A stretch of 63,790 nucleotides of DNA, counting the filler, from Octopus bimaculoides (lineage: Eukaryota): NCBI RefSeq assembly GCF_001194135.2. It is 4 parts of 4 records of this genome, joined end to end, with 100 filler letters (N's around TTAATTAATTAA, not from the genome) between each part and the next. Parts side by side here need not be neighbours in the genome. Positions count along the whole stretch, not along the records: positions 31,743 to 53,468 come from NC_068981.1; positions 53,569 to 62,394 come from NC_069006.1; 2 more parts are not named here. One strand, written 5' to 3'. The translations under genes were made by a program, and so were the position numbers. A model generated the notes under the pieces. That model was given only the letters and a program-made list of their open reading frames with translations. It was not told where the DNA came from and ran no database searches. The first letter of the stretch is position 1. Each line of letters begins with the position of its first letter. Of this stretch, positions 43,555 through 55,916 are shown in pieces.

Positions 43555-43735
43555 CTGGTCAAACAAGGTCATGCGCTGTTTATCTTCATATGAGAACACC
43601 ATGTCACGCACATATGACTGTGATGCATGTACCTGGTGTACCCTTATCAGACGAGTAGTCATGATGGGTATACTGGGCTTCGTATATTTGTACTCCAGTG
43701 TCACTTTGATGGCCTGCACTGCTCTCTCACTCAAT
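43555..43735 (-). repeat. Interspersed repeat (unclassified); short relative at 29797-29830 (+)
   Basis: GAGTGA(T/G)AGAGCAGT(A/G)CA(T/G)GCCATCAAAGTGA occurs at both loci, each next to an (ATT)n tract. Confidence 0.55.
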
Positions 43736-43749
43736 AATAATAATAATAA

Positions 43750-44330
43750 CAATGATGATGATGATGATGATGATGATTTCATTTATTTCCCAGAAGGGCG
43801 AAGGATGAGGGGGACAATACAGAGACAGACATAAAGTGTATGTGTGTGTGTGTGTGGGGGGGTTACATATAATAATGAAATGATAAAAATAAGTAAAAGA
43901 AAAAATAAACCATACACGGTATTCACTGGAAAAGAAGGGACATATGCATAGCATACAAAGATAGAAAAAAATTGGGGAGAGGATGATAGAGATGTGGCTC
44001 TCCTGCTAGAGGAACGCCTCTAGGGATAATCGAGGAACACCCACTGTCCTAGATTTCCCTGAAACCCTAGGAGCAAGTGCTCTCTCTCTCCAAATCCTTC
44101 TCTCTGACTCACTTAGAAAAGTACCATCCACTCTTGTCATTTTCGCAACTTTCACCCACCTTTCAATAAACTCACTCGAGGATAGCACTTGCCTCTCCAC
44201 TCACGATTTCCTTTTCGAGTAAAACTTGAAAAAGTCAATGAGAGCTCTACCAAAGAGGAATGTATCTGTCCTCATGCCTTTCAGCCTTGTCCACCAACAG
44301 TTTCTTCCGTCACAGCTACCAGGCAAAGGA
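43750..44330 (-). mobile_element. Probable L1/Tx1-like LINE 3' end
   Basis: Decayed frame WWTRLKGMRTDTFLFGRALIDFFKF..ERQVLSSSEFIERWVKVAKM, then a UTR ending AATAAATGAA(ATC)n; a related 3' tail occurs at about 10630-10745. Confidence 0.5.
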
Positions 44331-45682
44331 AAACTGCCTTAATAATAATAACTAGCTAACGCACTCGTCCTTTGGACGGCTTAAGTTGCTTTGGTGTTTT
44401 TTTTCACCAAATAACTGAACTACCGAGAAAGTTTATTAATAGCACGGTAATCTATGTTTCCGATTAACCTAGGAACAGAAAACCAAATTGAAGGCTGGTT
44501 ATTGTGGAGGTCGTTGCACTTTAATGATCAAAGAACATATAAGTTTGCAATCGATGCAAAGTAGAGCTACTGAAGTGTTTTGGAAGTAGATTACGGATAA
44601 TGACTACAAGATATAGTTGTTTTACATGAAAGCGAAACTTCTTGTCAGAAACAGCCACATAAATGGTGTAAGGAAATTGAAGGAAGACGTTGCAACTTCC
44701 TCTTTGCGAGTTTATTTTATTCAACAGCAAAGGGAAATATTTTTTCGGAGAGAAGTATGATTGGTACGTCCATAAATGGCAATATAATACCTACTTGAAA
44801 AAAGTAGAGTGTACAACCACTCTGAAATTGACTTCAGGTAACGAAAAATGAAGACATGAAGAGTTTTGACTTCACGAATACTACTTTAACCTTTAGCAGT
44901 TGCAGTGAAAAGATGTCGTGTTGTAAGGCAGACAAATAATAAATCAAAAAATGTGAAAACAACTAAAAAGTATTCGGTAATGCAAATATACGACCATATA
45001 GATTTAAAAAATATGGAAAACAGTCGAAATAAATAGACAAAATCTTTTCACTTTTATAATATTCTCTACCCAAAACACTTAATCACAAAATACACACCAA
45101 TATACATATAAAAAATATAGAAAGTAATAATACACAATTACAACATATAAATAAATAATAAATAAAAAAATGTGAAAACCACTAAAAATATTCTCTAATG
45201 CCAATATACGAACATATAGATATAAAAAGTATGGAAGACCCTACATACAAAAAAAAACTATTCTCATACAACGAATTAGAGAAAAACCCATGTAGACCAC
45301 ATTTTTCCCAGGTCTGTCCATTTACGCGGGTTATAGTGCATGATCATGCTTGGGACATAAGTAATATGTGTGTAAAAATTGGTGAAAATCGGTTGAGAAT
45401 TGTGGAAATGCATGCGTTAATCAATATACACACATACTGTGATGTGTATATACTTGATAAATTGTCATACGCAAAGTGAACGGTGAGATTAAAAAGAAAT
45501 GATTGATTTATTCTAAATATGTTCTGGCAGATTCTCAAGTGAATATGATAATCGTTGTTGTGTCTGTCATAGGATAGCAATTTCTTTCCGACGAATAACA
45601 CACTCACTTCATTAGCACAAGAAATTCTGAGATATCATTGTATCGACAGGTTATGTCCCGTCAGACAGAAGCTTCTTCTTAA

Positions 45683-45739
<57 letters not shown>

Positions 45740-45817
45740 GAAGAAGAAGAAGAAGAAGAAGAAGAAGAAGAAGAAGAAGAAGAAGAAGAAGAAGAAGAAG
45801 AAGAAGAAGAAGAAGAA
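45683..45817. repeat. Compound (GAT)n(GAA)n microsatellite
   Basis: Direct inspection. Confidence 0.97.
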
Positions 45818-45986
45818 TAGTTTGTTTGTAATAGGGTGATGAATGATGCAAAAATGCAAAGACATTTTGCAGAAACTGTTCTTTAAACACCAAGTAAAAA
45901 ATAAAGGAAAAAAAAAATTAACAGTATGTTTATGAATCGAAATGAATAATATACAAATATATAAATATTTAAAAGTATATTACATA

Positions 45987-46874
45987 CAAGGGGCGTTGAA
46001 AAAGTATCCGACTTTTTTCCCGCCAAAACTAATATTGCGTGGGTAATATTTTCTGTGCGGAAAGTGACACCACCCTTCCTGAACATGTATGAAAATTTTC
46101 GCGCTGTCTAGTCGTGTCAGTTTCCGGCTGTTGCGTCTAAAGTACAGACGTGTAGTGCACGCTCGTTGGATATTCATTTTTACCGAACCCATCGAGCAGA
46201 AATATTGCATCAAGTTTTGCCAAAAGCTTTGTGATACTCAAGCCCAAGCCATCCAGAAGATTCAACAGGCTTTTCGCGAAATAGTCCATGGAGTGGTGCA
46301 ACCGTTTCAAACATAGCTGTATCTTAGTGGAGAGTGAGGCACGCTCAGGCATGCTGCTACCCACAAGCAGAAACGAGGAGCCGATTCAGAAGTTCGGCAA
46401 ATAGTCAAGAACGACCGTCCAGGATGTTGCTCACGGAGCGGGAATAATTACAGGATCAGTGCATTCCATTTTAACGAAGGATTTGTGCATGTGGAGAGCG
46501 TCGGCGAAACTCGCCTTCAAGGTGCTAACTGAGCAACAGAAGCAGCTCTGCATGGAAATTGCTTAGGACATGCTAGACTGTGCGAACCACGACCCAGACT
46601 TCATGGAGACCATTATCACTGATGATAAGACATGGATTCATGGCCTGTGTTCGATGCGTTGGGTCATCTTGCATGAAAACGAAAATCCGACTAGCGCGCA
46701 CTACATGCCTGTACTTCATGCGTAACAGCCGGGAACTGATGCGACGTACTGGTGCGAAATTCTTCATGCATGCGCAGGAAGGGTGGCGTCACCATCCACT
46801 CAAAGGATTTTTACCCACACAGCATTAATTTTGGCGGGAAAAATAAAGTTGAATACTTTTTGAACGCACCTCCC
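45987..46874 (+). mobile_element. Mariner derivative whose right end is an inverted copy of its left ~230 bp
   Basis: TA at 45985-45986; transposase remnants (IEQKYCIKFC, IITDDKTW resembling IITGDETW); 46640-46874 is the diverged reverse complement of 45987-46200. Confidence 0.85.
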
Positions 46875-47716
46875 AACACAATGACAGTTAATCAGAACAA
46901 AATAGGACATCCGTATATCCCCAAATGCTCTTCAATGCTAAAGGAAGTACTTTCTTGTTATAAAATTGCTCACGAAAATTGAGAGCGAAACCAAAGAATC
47001 ACATTAGGCTTTCTGTTCTCACCTACTTTCAGGAGATTTATAGGAGAACTACACTTCGTTAGTCACGATCTAAAGTTTCAAACTGAAAAAAACAAGCTGA
47101 TGCTGAAACAGCATGAACGGTGAAGAGATTTTATATGAACAGAAAATATTCAATAATATTAACAAGGTCTCGCTTCTAAAAAATAGTGTCTACCATGATA
47201 AAACGAAAACTACTAGGGATTAATAAATTAAAGAACAATATCTCTAACGTGTTACACGCATACTACACTGCAATAATATTCTTAATATACGAGCTAGTGA
47301 GAAAAAAGTTGGAAACGTAAGACAAAACTAAACTTGAATATATTAGCAAATGTCTGCGAATTTACAGCAATAAAAATATCCCAGAAAAATAGAACTCATA
47401 CAAAGAATACCTATGAAATATAATAAAATGCAACCAAATACCCATCCACCCACTGCCACACGCAATGTAAGCTGCGTAATAGAATCTCTCATAAAATCCC
47501 ACAACAGAAGAAAATAAAGCAAAAGAAATAACCCTCAGAATACATTGAAATATCGCATCACACATGGGAAGGACAAAGGCATCATACCGAAACGAAATGC
47601 GGGGACGGAGAAAAAAGAACAAAAACATGAAACAACGATAAAAAAATCAAAGATCCCAATCGCAAATATATCTTCTTTGGAGTAGTGGATGTGGAAGACC
47701 ATAAAGCTATAAATTA

Positions 47717-47865
47717 TCCTTTCTACTATTTGTAAAAAGACTGAAGTTTTGGGGGATGGGATAGTCGGTTAGATCGACACTAGTGCTCAACTGGTACTTA
47801 ATTTATCGATCCCGAAAGTACGAAAGGCAAAATCTAACTCGGTGGAAGTTGAACTCAGAACGTAA
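47717..47865 (-). mobile_element. SINE family A, 5'-truncated
   Basis: ACTGGTACTTAATTTATCGATCCCGAAAG core. Confidence 0.8.
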
Positions 47866-49414
47866 TGAGGCACGAAGGTGAAGTAAGGCAAGTAAGGTGA
47901 AGTCGCAATTTCGCTGATGAAGTAATAATAAAATTGAAACATGTTCTGAAATGTTTCTCAGATCTGCTAGAGCAATTAAAATACCATTAGCCAATTACTA
48001 ATATTGCTTTCTCTGCAATGCATGAATATTACTTGTTAGGTTTTTAATACTCCCCTGTATTAATTATATTAGCATTAACTTAATCGTTTTCTGTGTAGAT
48101 GCTCAGGGTAATTTATTTTATATACAATTCCATTTTTCTACACAACCAATGTGCAATACTGTAGATTTACTTGGTCATTCTCTCATTACCATTTCGCCAA
48201 GTATGGTAAAGTTTGTACATCACCAATAAGGTGATTGTGATAGGCGTGGCGTTGTTTCTCGTATTACTGAAATAATTAAAATAATTAGTCAACGACTAAT
48301 ATTATTTTTAGATCAACGTATAATTATTTCTAGTTAACTTTTTTAAACTCCCAGCATTGAGTATGTTAACACTTTTAACCTATCCTGAAGTCACGATAAT
48401 GTAGAGGAAAAATGGTTTTATTCATAACAATAAGATCTACTTCAGTCAAGCTTCTCAAGCCACAAAAATTTGGAAAAACATGCTATATAACATTGAAAAC
48501 AAACCCAGGAAAAGTAATTCTAACCGTGCGACAGAGAAAGAGAGGAGTCTAATATAAAAACTACAACAAACAAACAAACAAACAACAAAACTAAATATGA
48601 AGAAAATATATCATTAAAAAATGAGGAAACATCCTGGGAATGAAATAAACTTAAAATATCTTAGTAAAAGTCATGCGGAGTAAGACGCACCGAAAAGCAA
48701 GAATTCGTTATTTGAAACAAATACTGAAATTTTTTTCATCGACGACGGAAAAAATGGTGACAACGAAAACTTTTTGCAGTCAAACCGCACGATCAGAATT
48801 GGAATAGAAAGACAAAACTGGCTGTACATTTCTGAAAATTCTTGATTAAAATACATAACCTGTAGCAACAGTTCTATGTCAATTATTAAAACAATACCAG
48901 AATTATGAGAGGAGAAAATTGTATTGACCCACATACACCAGGAAACCCCTGAATTTACAAAGCAATAGACACTATTCGCCAAAAATATACAAAGGTCAGT
49001 ATATCGATAACTCCTCTTAGTGGAAGAGCAGCAGCTTTGTTAAAAAACGATGTAAGATCGTAAACAATAGCTGTTGATTAACAGGAAAATTATTGAATTC
49101 TGCAGGAAGGAAGGAAAAATCTAAGCACTGTAAAATTTAACAGTATAACTTACTCCTAGATATTAGAGAGACTATTAAGGTTTATCCTTATAAGAAGAAT
49201 TCTTTTTCGAAGAAAGTCATTACTCCTTTGCATTTCTGTGATTCAATTTGAATGAAACGGACAATGGCTACGGATTCTATATACAAATTATCCTTTACAT
49301 GGTAGAAAAAAAAATGAAAAACTATTTACAACAGACAACGCCAAGTTTAAGAATTTACTGTATAAACTGTAGAATAAACCTGCCTCGTGATTGTTTCAAT
49401 TTCTGGCTGAAAAT

Positions 49415-49663
49415 TTTCTTTCCTACTCTATGCACAAAGCCCGAAATCTGGGGGGTAAGGAGGCCAGTTAATTAGATCGACTCCAGTACGCAACTGATAC
49501 TTAATTTATCGACCCCGGAAGGATGAAAGGCAAAGTCGACCTCGATGGTTTTGCCTTTCATCCTTTCGGGGTCGATAAATTAAGTACCAGTTGCCTCCTG
49601 GGCTCGATGTAATCGACTGGATCCTCCCCCAAAATTTTGGGCCTTGCGCCAAGAGTAGAAAAG
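49415..49663. mobile_element. Head-to-head pair of SINE family A 3' halves inside one TSD
   Basis: Minus arm 49415-49544, plus arm 49549-49663; identical 17-bp direct repeat AATTTCTGGCTGAAAAT at 49398-49414 and 49664-49680. Confidence 0.88.
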
Positions 49664-49990
49664 AATTTCTGGCTGAAAATATTTTTATCTTCATTTACAT
49701 ACGATATGAACGTAGTTAGGAAAGAAACGGGCATTACAAAATTCCATTTCTTCTTCTAAAACATGGACTTTGCACTAATTGAAATAAACAAGTACTTTGC
49801 CTATTAATATAAGAAGTTGACCTCACAGCCACATGACTTCGGTTTCGATTCCTCTTGTAAAAACGGTATACTTTACTGTAGTCTCAGGTTGACCAATACT
49901 TTGTGTATGGAATTTAGTAGACGGAAACTCTCCCAACCCTCATTCTCTCTCCTTCTGGCTGACTCTCTCTTTCTCAAACTACATGTGCGA

Positions 49991-50021
<31 letters not shown>

Positions 50022-52169
50022 TGCTGTATGTATGTATGTTTGTATGTATGTGTGTGCGTGTGTGTTTGTGTGTATGCGTGCGTGTGTGTATTTGTGTGTG
50101 TATGTGTGAGAGAAAGTATGTATGTACGTACATACGTATGTATGTATGTATGTATGTATGTATGTATGTATGTATGTGCGCATGTTTACAGACATAAAGC
50201 AGTATGACGAGTTGTGGCCCATTATATCAAAAACGTTACTCGCCGAACAATTCGATAAGATATGATCAGTATGATCGCTTTCAACTTTAATTCTGTACAT
50301 CAGCACGTCCGCAGTTCAATGACCAAAAGCAATAAAAAAGCAAAAAGGATAAAAGGATGTAAAGTTAATGAGAGAAAGCGGGTAAAAAGCCAACTATAAC
50401 ATTTAATGATTTTCACATTGTTGATTAAAATCTCTGAGACAATAACATAACTTTATATTCTGTTTGACACAGCTGTTTAAGTCGTTAGGATGTAAGCCTG
50501 TTGACGAATGATTTATTATCCTCCATTGTTGTATTTAAATTATCACGTAGACAAAACATGTAATGTAGTGGTATGCCTACCACAGGCGGATAATCTGGAA
50601 TGTGGGCCAATACTTCTTTCTCACTTTGAATGTCTTTGAAGCTGGAGAGGAATATTTGTTCTGAATGATTCTGCTCAAATTAGCTTCCCTGATAATGACT
50701 CTGACATTCTTTTCATTCTCTGAATATTCCTTTACCTAGTTTTGTGTTGATTCAATTATAAGGCATAAAAGATTCGGGATTTTGCTTAATTGATTAATTT
50801 ATTTATGTTTAAATATTTCTTTGCACATAAACGCACACACTCACACTCATGCACACACGCACACGTATACACAGACTCACACATATACACACATGCATAT
50901 ATATCACTACTTTTGTAATTATCGGCTTAATCTAAGACAAATGCTACGCAAAGATGCTTTAAGTTTCTAACGTGCAGGTTTCGATTATCGACAAGTGTTC
51001 TTCACATATATTGTGGGGTTTCTTTTCTTCCCACCCAGAAATCTGATACCACCTTGAATGCAAATAAGGATTTAGCATTTTTCTTGAAATAAATAACTTC
51101 TAAAATCTTCCTACAATAAGAATGAATAGACTTGTAGTCATTAATGTACTTAAAATATGCAAGTCAAACATCCTGGAAGTCTTCAAACACCTACCCAAGC
51201 ACATATCTTATCTCTTACGAGCTCATACTGGATATTTCTATGACAGTAATTTGGATCTGTACATACCAATGTATTGTAATTCAGAAATATTCGTAATTCG
51301 GTGGTAAAATATGAAATCTCCGTCCAATTATTTGTTTTCTTCGACTGCCACACTGATCTGCCATTAGATATATTTCTTCCTAATCTTCTGCTGAAAAGTT
51401 AAACACCTTGATTCATTAAGATTTATTTCCACTCGTAACATAATTTCTCTTGTGTCATTTTTCCTATCATTCATTAAAATACTTGGACAATTTCTAGCCA
51501 TTTAAGTAGTAATAAAACTCATAATCACTTGCCGTTACAAATTTCCATCAAACCGACAATTTTATTTCTGTTTATTTCCTTCAATTGCAATTCTCTTCTC
51601 TTTCATAATCTCACACTGATTGTTTCTATTGCACTTGTTTTGCTTTATCTATATTTATTCTATGTGTTTGAATTCAAGTCTAAAATATATATATAAATAT
51701 ATATATTTCTGTTGTTAATTTAAAACATTACTATTTATTTCTCACTTCAAATTTCAGTTGATACCTCCAAATTTTTGTTTATTTCTTTTTGTATCAGTCA
51801 CTTTTTCCTTCATAATTTTATTATGATTATATGGTTCTTAGTCTATGTCCGTTTGACTAAAAATTTACAAATCGAACACCAACAGAATCATATAGATTAT
51901 TATTTACCATTCCATACTGAATATATCTATAACATTAATTTCGATCTGTACATCCTGTATGTGTTTGAATTGACTTCTAAAATATTCTTAATCGGGTCGT
52001 AAAATATATTCCCAGTTTGTTAAGAGTCATTTGTGTCCAATATGTAAAACGAATGTCTTTTGTGACACTACACATTTCATCCATGATTTCTTGAAATTAT
52101 TTTCCCTTTCTACGAATAGTTGCTCATAGTTAATTCCAACTTTCTCATTCTTTGTTGATAATAAATGCG

Positions 52170-52412
52170 CCCTTTTAAAGCCTAGCCAGGCTCATGGGCC
52201 CGGTTTGCCGGTTTCAATGGCGTATGTGTTCCCCAGCTGGACGGGACGCCAGTCCATCGCAGCGTTACACATTTTTGCCAGCTGAGTGGACTGGAGCAAC
52301 GTGAAATGAAGTGTTTTTCTCAAGAACACAACGCGTCGCCCGGTCCAGGAATCGAAACCACAATCTTACGATCATGATGTTGACACCCTAACCACTAAGC
52401 CACGCGCCTCCA
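52170..52412 (-). mobile_element. tRNA-derived SINE family B
   Basis: Minus strand GGAGGCGCGTGGCTTAGTGGTTAGG (A box)...GGTTTCGATTCC (B box)...TTGCTCCAGTCCACTCAGCTG; older relatives at about 27030-27180, 27300-27445 and 38865-39296. Confidence 0.85.
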
Positions 52413-52920
52413 TTATTTAAAGATAATTTTCTTTGTGTTATTTCTTTGTTATTCCATTAAAAATATCTTTTAGTTTTTAATCTCAGTCATTAAGTAAAAA
52501 TTGACAGCAAAATTTATATTCACGATGAGACATAAAAAGTGACTCAAAATGGGTAGAGAAAGAAAGAGAACAAATGAGAATCAGTTCCGTCTCGATGTGA
52601 TGCTTCCGGACACGCCAGGAGCAGTCAGAAAAAGACAAAAGTGTTTGTACGCTACATAACGGTTACCAGATAGAATTATATGATCAGTATAAGCCGATAT
52701 CCTCTTGAAGTTTTCTCATTTTCTTTTCTTACTGGACACTTATGATGTTAGTAATCCCATTGCATGTTGGTTCATTAGCGCCGGCCGATTTTGTCTTTGT
52801 GACAGTTAAGCCTACAACAATGATAACTTGGATGACCATTGTAGAGCAATTTCTAGTACTTATTCAAAACTTTTACATATCATATATGGTTTTAAGATAT
52901 TTAACGAATTCTCCATACTA

Positions 52921-52992
<72 letters not shown>

Positions 52993-52993
<1 letters not shown>

Positions 52994-53162
52994 ATTTCTA
53001 TTATAGGTACAAGGCCTGAAATTTTAGTGAGGGTGTTAGACGATTACGTCGACTCCAGTGCTCGACTGGTACTTATTTTATCGACCCTGAAAGGATGAGA
53101 GACTAAGATGATCTCGGCAAATTTGAACTAAAGAAGTAAAACCGACATGCCAGCTCGCCTTT
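52993..53162 (-). mobile_element. SINE family A copy with internal deletion
   Basis: Tail, core and GCCAGCTCGCC head end are recognisable. Confidence 0.75.
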
Positions 53163-53468
53163 ATATGTATATATATATATATATATATATGCGAGTAAAA
53201 ATAAATACAAAAAAAGGTGGATTTTTTTGTATGATTGTGTATAGAGGAATATATTATTTTGCTTAAAAGAGTTCCAACACTGTCTGTTTTTTATGTTTTA
53301 TTTATATTCCTGCAGAACTAATGTGGGGTATAGAATATGGAATATACAATATATAATATAATATACAATATATAATATAAAATAAAATAAAAATGGATGG
53401 CACCATGAAATAAAGTATTGAATGTAGATGAAATATTGAGTGTTCAATATAAAGGATCAAATATATAA

Positions 53469-53568
53469 NNNNNNNNNNNNNNNNNNNNNNNNNNNNNNNN
53501 NNNNNNNNNNNNTTAATTAATTAANNNNNNNNNNNNNNNNNNNNNNNNNNNNNNNNNNNNNNNNNNNN
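53469..53568. other. Artificial scaffold spacer N44-TTAATTAATTAA-N44
   Basis: Same construct; lies between the reflectin block and the glycosyltransferase block. Confidence 0.95.
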
Positions 53569-54420
53569 AAAACAATGTCAGATAAATTAGTTTATTTAAA
53601 AAAGACCCTTGTGGAATACGATGTGATGGGGGTAGGCTGAGTGGGGGTGGAAGAGGGAGAGAGAGAGAGAGTGAGTTAGAGAGAGAAAGAGAGAGGGGGA
53701 GAGATAGAGGAAGACTGGGAGACAGAGAAAGGTTGTAAGAGAAATATGATGGTGGGAGGGAGCGATCGCATGAAAGAGAAAAGATAACATGGCAACCTGG
53801 TAAAGAAAGAAAGAAAAAATGGATGGAAATGTGAGAGAGGGAGGGGGTGGAGGAAGAATGGATGTGAGTGAAACTAGGAATGAGAGAGAGAAAGAGAGAG
53901 AGAGAAAGAGAGAGGGGGGAGAGAGAGAGAGAGAGGGGGTAGGTGTATGTAGTTGTAAAATATAAGATTACGTGGGAATATCAGTGTGTGTGTGTGTGTG
54001 TGTGTGTGTATGACTGTGAGAGAGAATGTTCAAGTGAAAGAAATATGAGTGAGGGCATGTGTATGTGTGCGTGTGTATATGTGCGCGTGTGTGCGCGCGT
54101 GTGTGTGTGTGTATATGCGTGTGTGTGTGTGTAATAGAGAGAGAGAGAGAGAGTGAGTAGAAATGGGTGAGTGCCAGTGTGATGAGAGTCAAATTAATAT
54201 TTACAGTATATTTGCTGTTGTTGTTGTTGTTTTTTTTTCTTTTTTATTGTTTAGTTATAGTTTGTAAACAGAATTATGAGCCTTCATCGTATATTGACAA
54301 TAAAAAAAAACAGTTTAATATTAGTTCGTATAAGCCTCTGTCCTAATATTAGACAATTTTCCATAGTCAATAAACGGTGAACTCTCATAATTCTGTCTAC
54401 AAAATTTCATTTGCTGCCGT

Positions 54421-54482
54421 TTACTAATTCACGCACAATTCGCACATCTTTATTTAATTTTTTTTGTCTTCTTTCTTTACAG
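54421..54482 (+). promoter_or_regulatory. 3' splice site upstream of the glycosyltransferase exon
   Basis: Branch-like TACTAAT (54422-54428), long pyrimidine tract and TTTACAG ending at 54482; implies an upstream non-coding exon that I could not locate. Confidence 0.65.
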
Positions 54483-54608
54483 ACATCATACTGGCCAACA
54501 CTTCTGGCAGACTAACAGAGCAGTATCGAAGACGGTTCTAATCCAGACATTCTAATACTCATTTCCTGTCACCACTAGCATTCAAGCTCTTTGAATGTCA
54601 GCTGGCAA

Positions 54609-55916
54609 ATGTATATCGTCAGGAGACTCTCCAACCGACGGAGTTTCTGTGGAAGCTTAGCAATAATCATACTGCTCTGTTGTTTGGTCTATGCTTTGCT
54701 TGGTTCAAATCTGAAGATAATAGCTGTTTCAAACTTCCAGCTCATCAGGAAGTCTTTGCCAGAAGAACTACTGCGCCATGCAACTACTCGAAAGACAAGT
54801 TCCCAACATGGCAACATTGCGTGGCACACTAACCGCAATGTCGTCACAGCTTCTACGTTGGCAAAAAATATTTCTAAATTACATTCCAAACAGATGACGA
54901 CGCACCAAAATGTAATCCCAAAAAAAGTTACTAAAAAATTAATTTCTGGTACCAAGCAATCTAATCAAAAAAGTGTTCACAAAACAAAACATGTAAAAGA
55001 AGAGGCCTTGAGAAAAGACAATTTTCCAAAACGTTTTCATATACCTGATGTGCCCGCTGTGTCTGTTGATGACACAGTTCCTTATATACCAAAACCTGTG
55101 ATAAATCATTTCTTAACGTTACCAAAACGAGAATACACAGAAGAAGTTCTTATTTTGACTCCAATTCATAATGTCGCTGATCATTTGAATCACTATACTA
55201 ATCTTCTGAAGAATTTGACCTATCCTCGCCACCTGGTATCAGTGGCACTCGGTGAGGACTGTAGCACTGACGAAACGTTGATTGTGGCTAAGGGTGTTGT
55301 TGAGGAACTGTCCCACATATTCAAATCAGCCAGGCTGCTTCACTTTAACTTAACTGGTCAAATAACTGGGCGATGGAGTGTCGTGCATGATCACGCAATG
55401 CAGATGTCACGGCGCAGCCATCTGGCAAAATCGCGTAATCTCCTCTTACGGAACAGTCTGAAAAATGAAACATGGGTCCTGTGGATTGACAGCGACGTGT
55501 CACGCATACCCGGTGACTTGGTTCAGCAGCTAATCTCAGCTGACAAGGATGTTGTAGTTCCATCTTGCCTTTTTCATGATGGAGTCAACACAAGAGTTTA
55601 TGATAAAAACACTTGGCGGGAGACAAATTTATCATGGGAAAAGCAAAAGCACCTACAGCCAAACCAATTGGTTCTAGAGGGATATGGTCCGTCAAATCGG
55701 CTATATTTACCTCACCTGCGTGCAGAGGGTCGTTTGGTACCCATAGACGGTGTTGGTGGCTGCAGTCTTCTCGTTCGAGGAGACTGTCACAGGAAAGGAT
55801 TGATATTTCCAGAAGAAATATACCAACATCATATAGAAACAGAAGGTTTATCAAAGATGGCAAGAACTATGAAATTTTCTGTGTATGGAATGCCTTTTGT
55901 CGAAGTTTACCATTAA
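54609..55916 (+). CDS. Anp1/Mnn9/Van1-like (GT62-type) glycosyltransferase, type II membrane protein, 435 aa
   Basis: Basic N-tail, one hydrophobic helix (FCGSLAIIILLCCLVYALLG), S/T/K-rich stem, then VLILTPIHN..LTYP..DCS.D, RR..LAKSRN, WVLWIDSDV (DxD), DVVVP, DGVGGCSLLV and HIETEGLSKMA..GMP..EVYH, the motif order I recall for yeast Mnn9/Anp1/Van1. First in-frame ATG is 54609 (the track start is a TTG); TAA at 55914-55916. Confidence 0.88.
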   Translation: MYIVRRLSNRRSFCGSLAIIILLCCLVYALLGSNLKIIAVSNFQLIRKSLPEELLRHATTRKTSSQHGNIAWHTNRNVVTASTLAKNISKLHSKQMTTHQNVIPKKVTKKLISGTKQSNQKSVHKTKHVKEEALRKDNFPKRFHIPDVPAVSVDDTVPYIPKPVINHFLTLPKREYTEEVLILTPIHNVADHLNHYTNLLKNLTYPRHLVSVALGEDCSTDETLIVAKGVVEELSHIFKSARLLHFNLTGQITGRWSVVHDHAMQMSRRSHLAKSRNLLLRNSLKNETWVLWIDSDVSRIPGDLVQQLISADKDVVVPSCLFHDGVNTRVYDKNTWRETNLSWEKQKHLQPNQLVLEGYGPSNRLYLPHLRAEGRLVPIDGVGGCSLLVRGDCHRKGLIFPEEIYQHHIETEGLSKMARTMKFSVYGMPFVEVYH

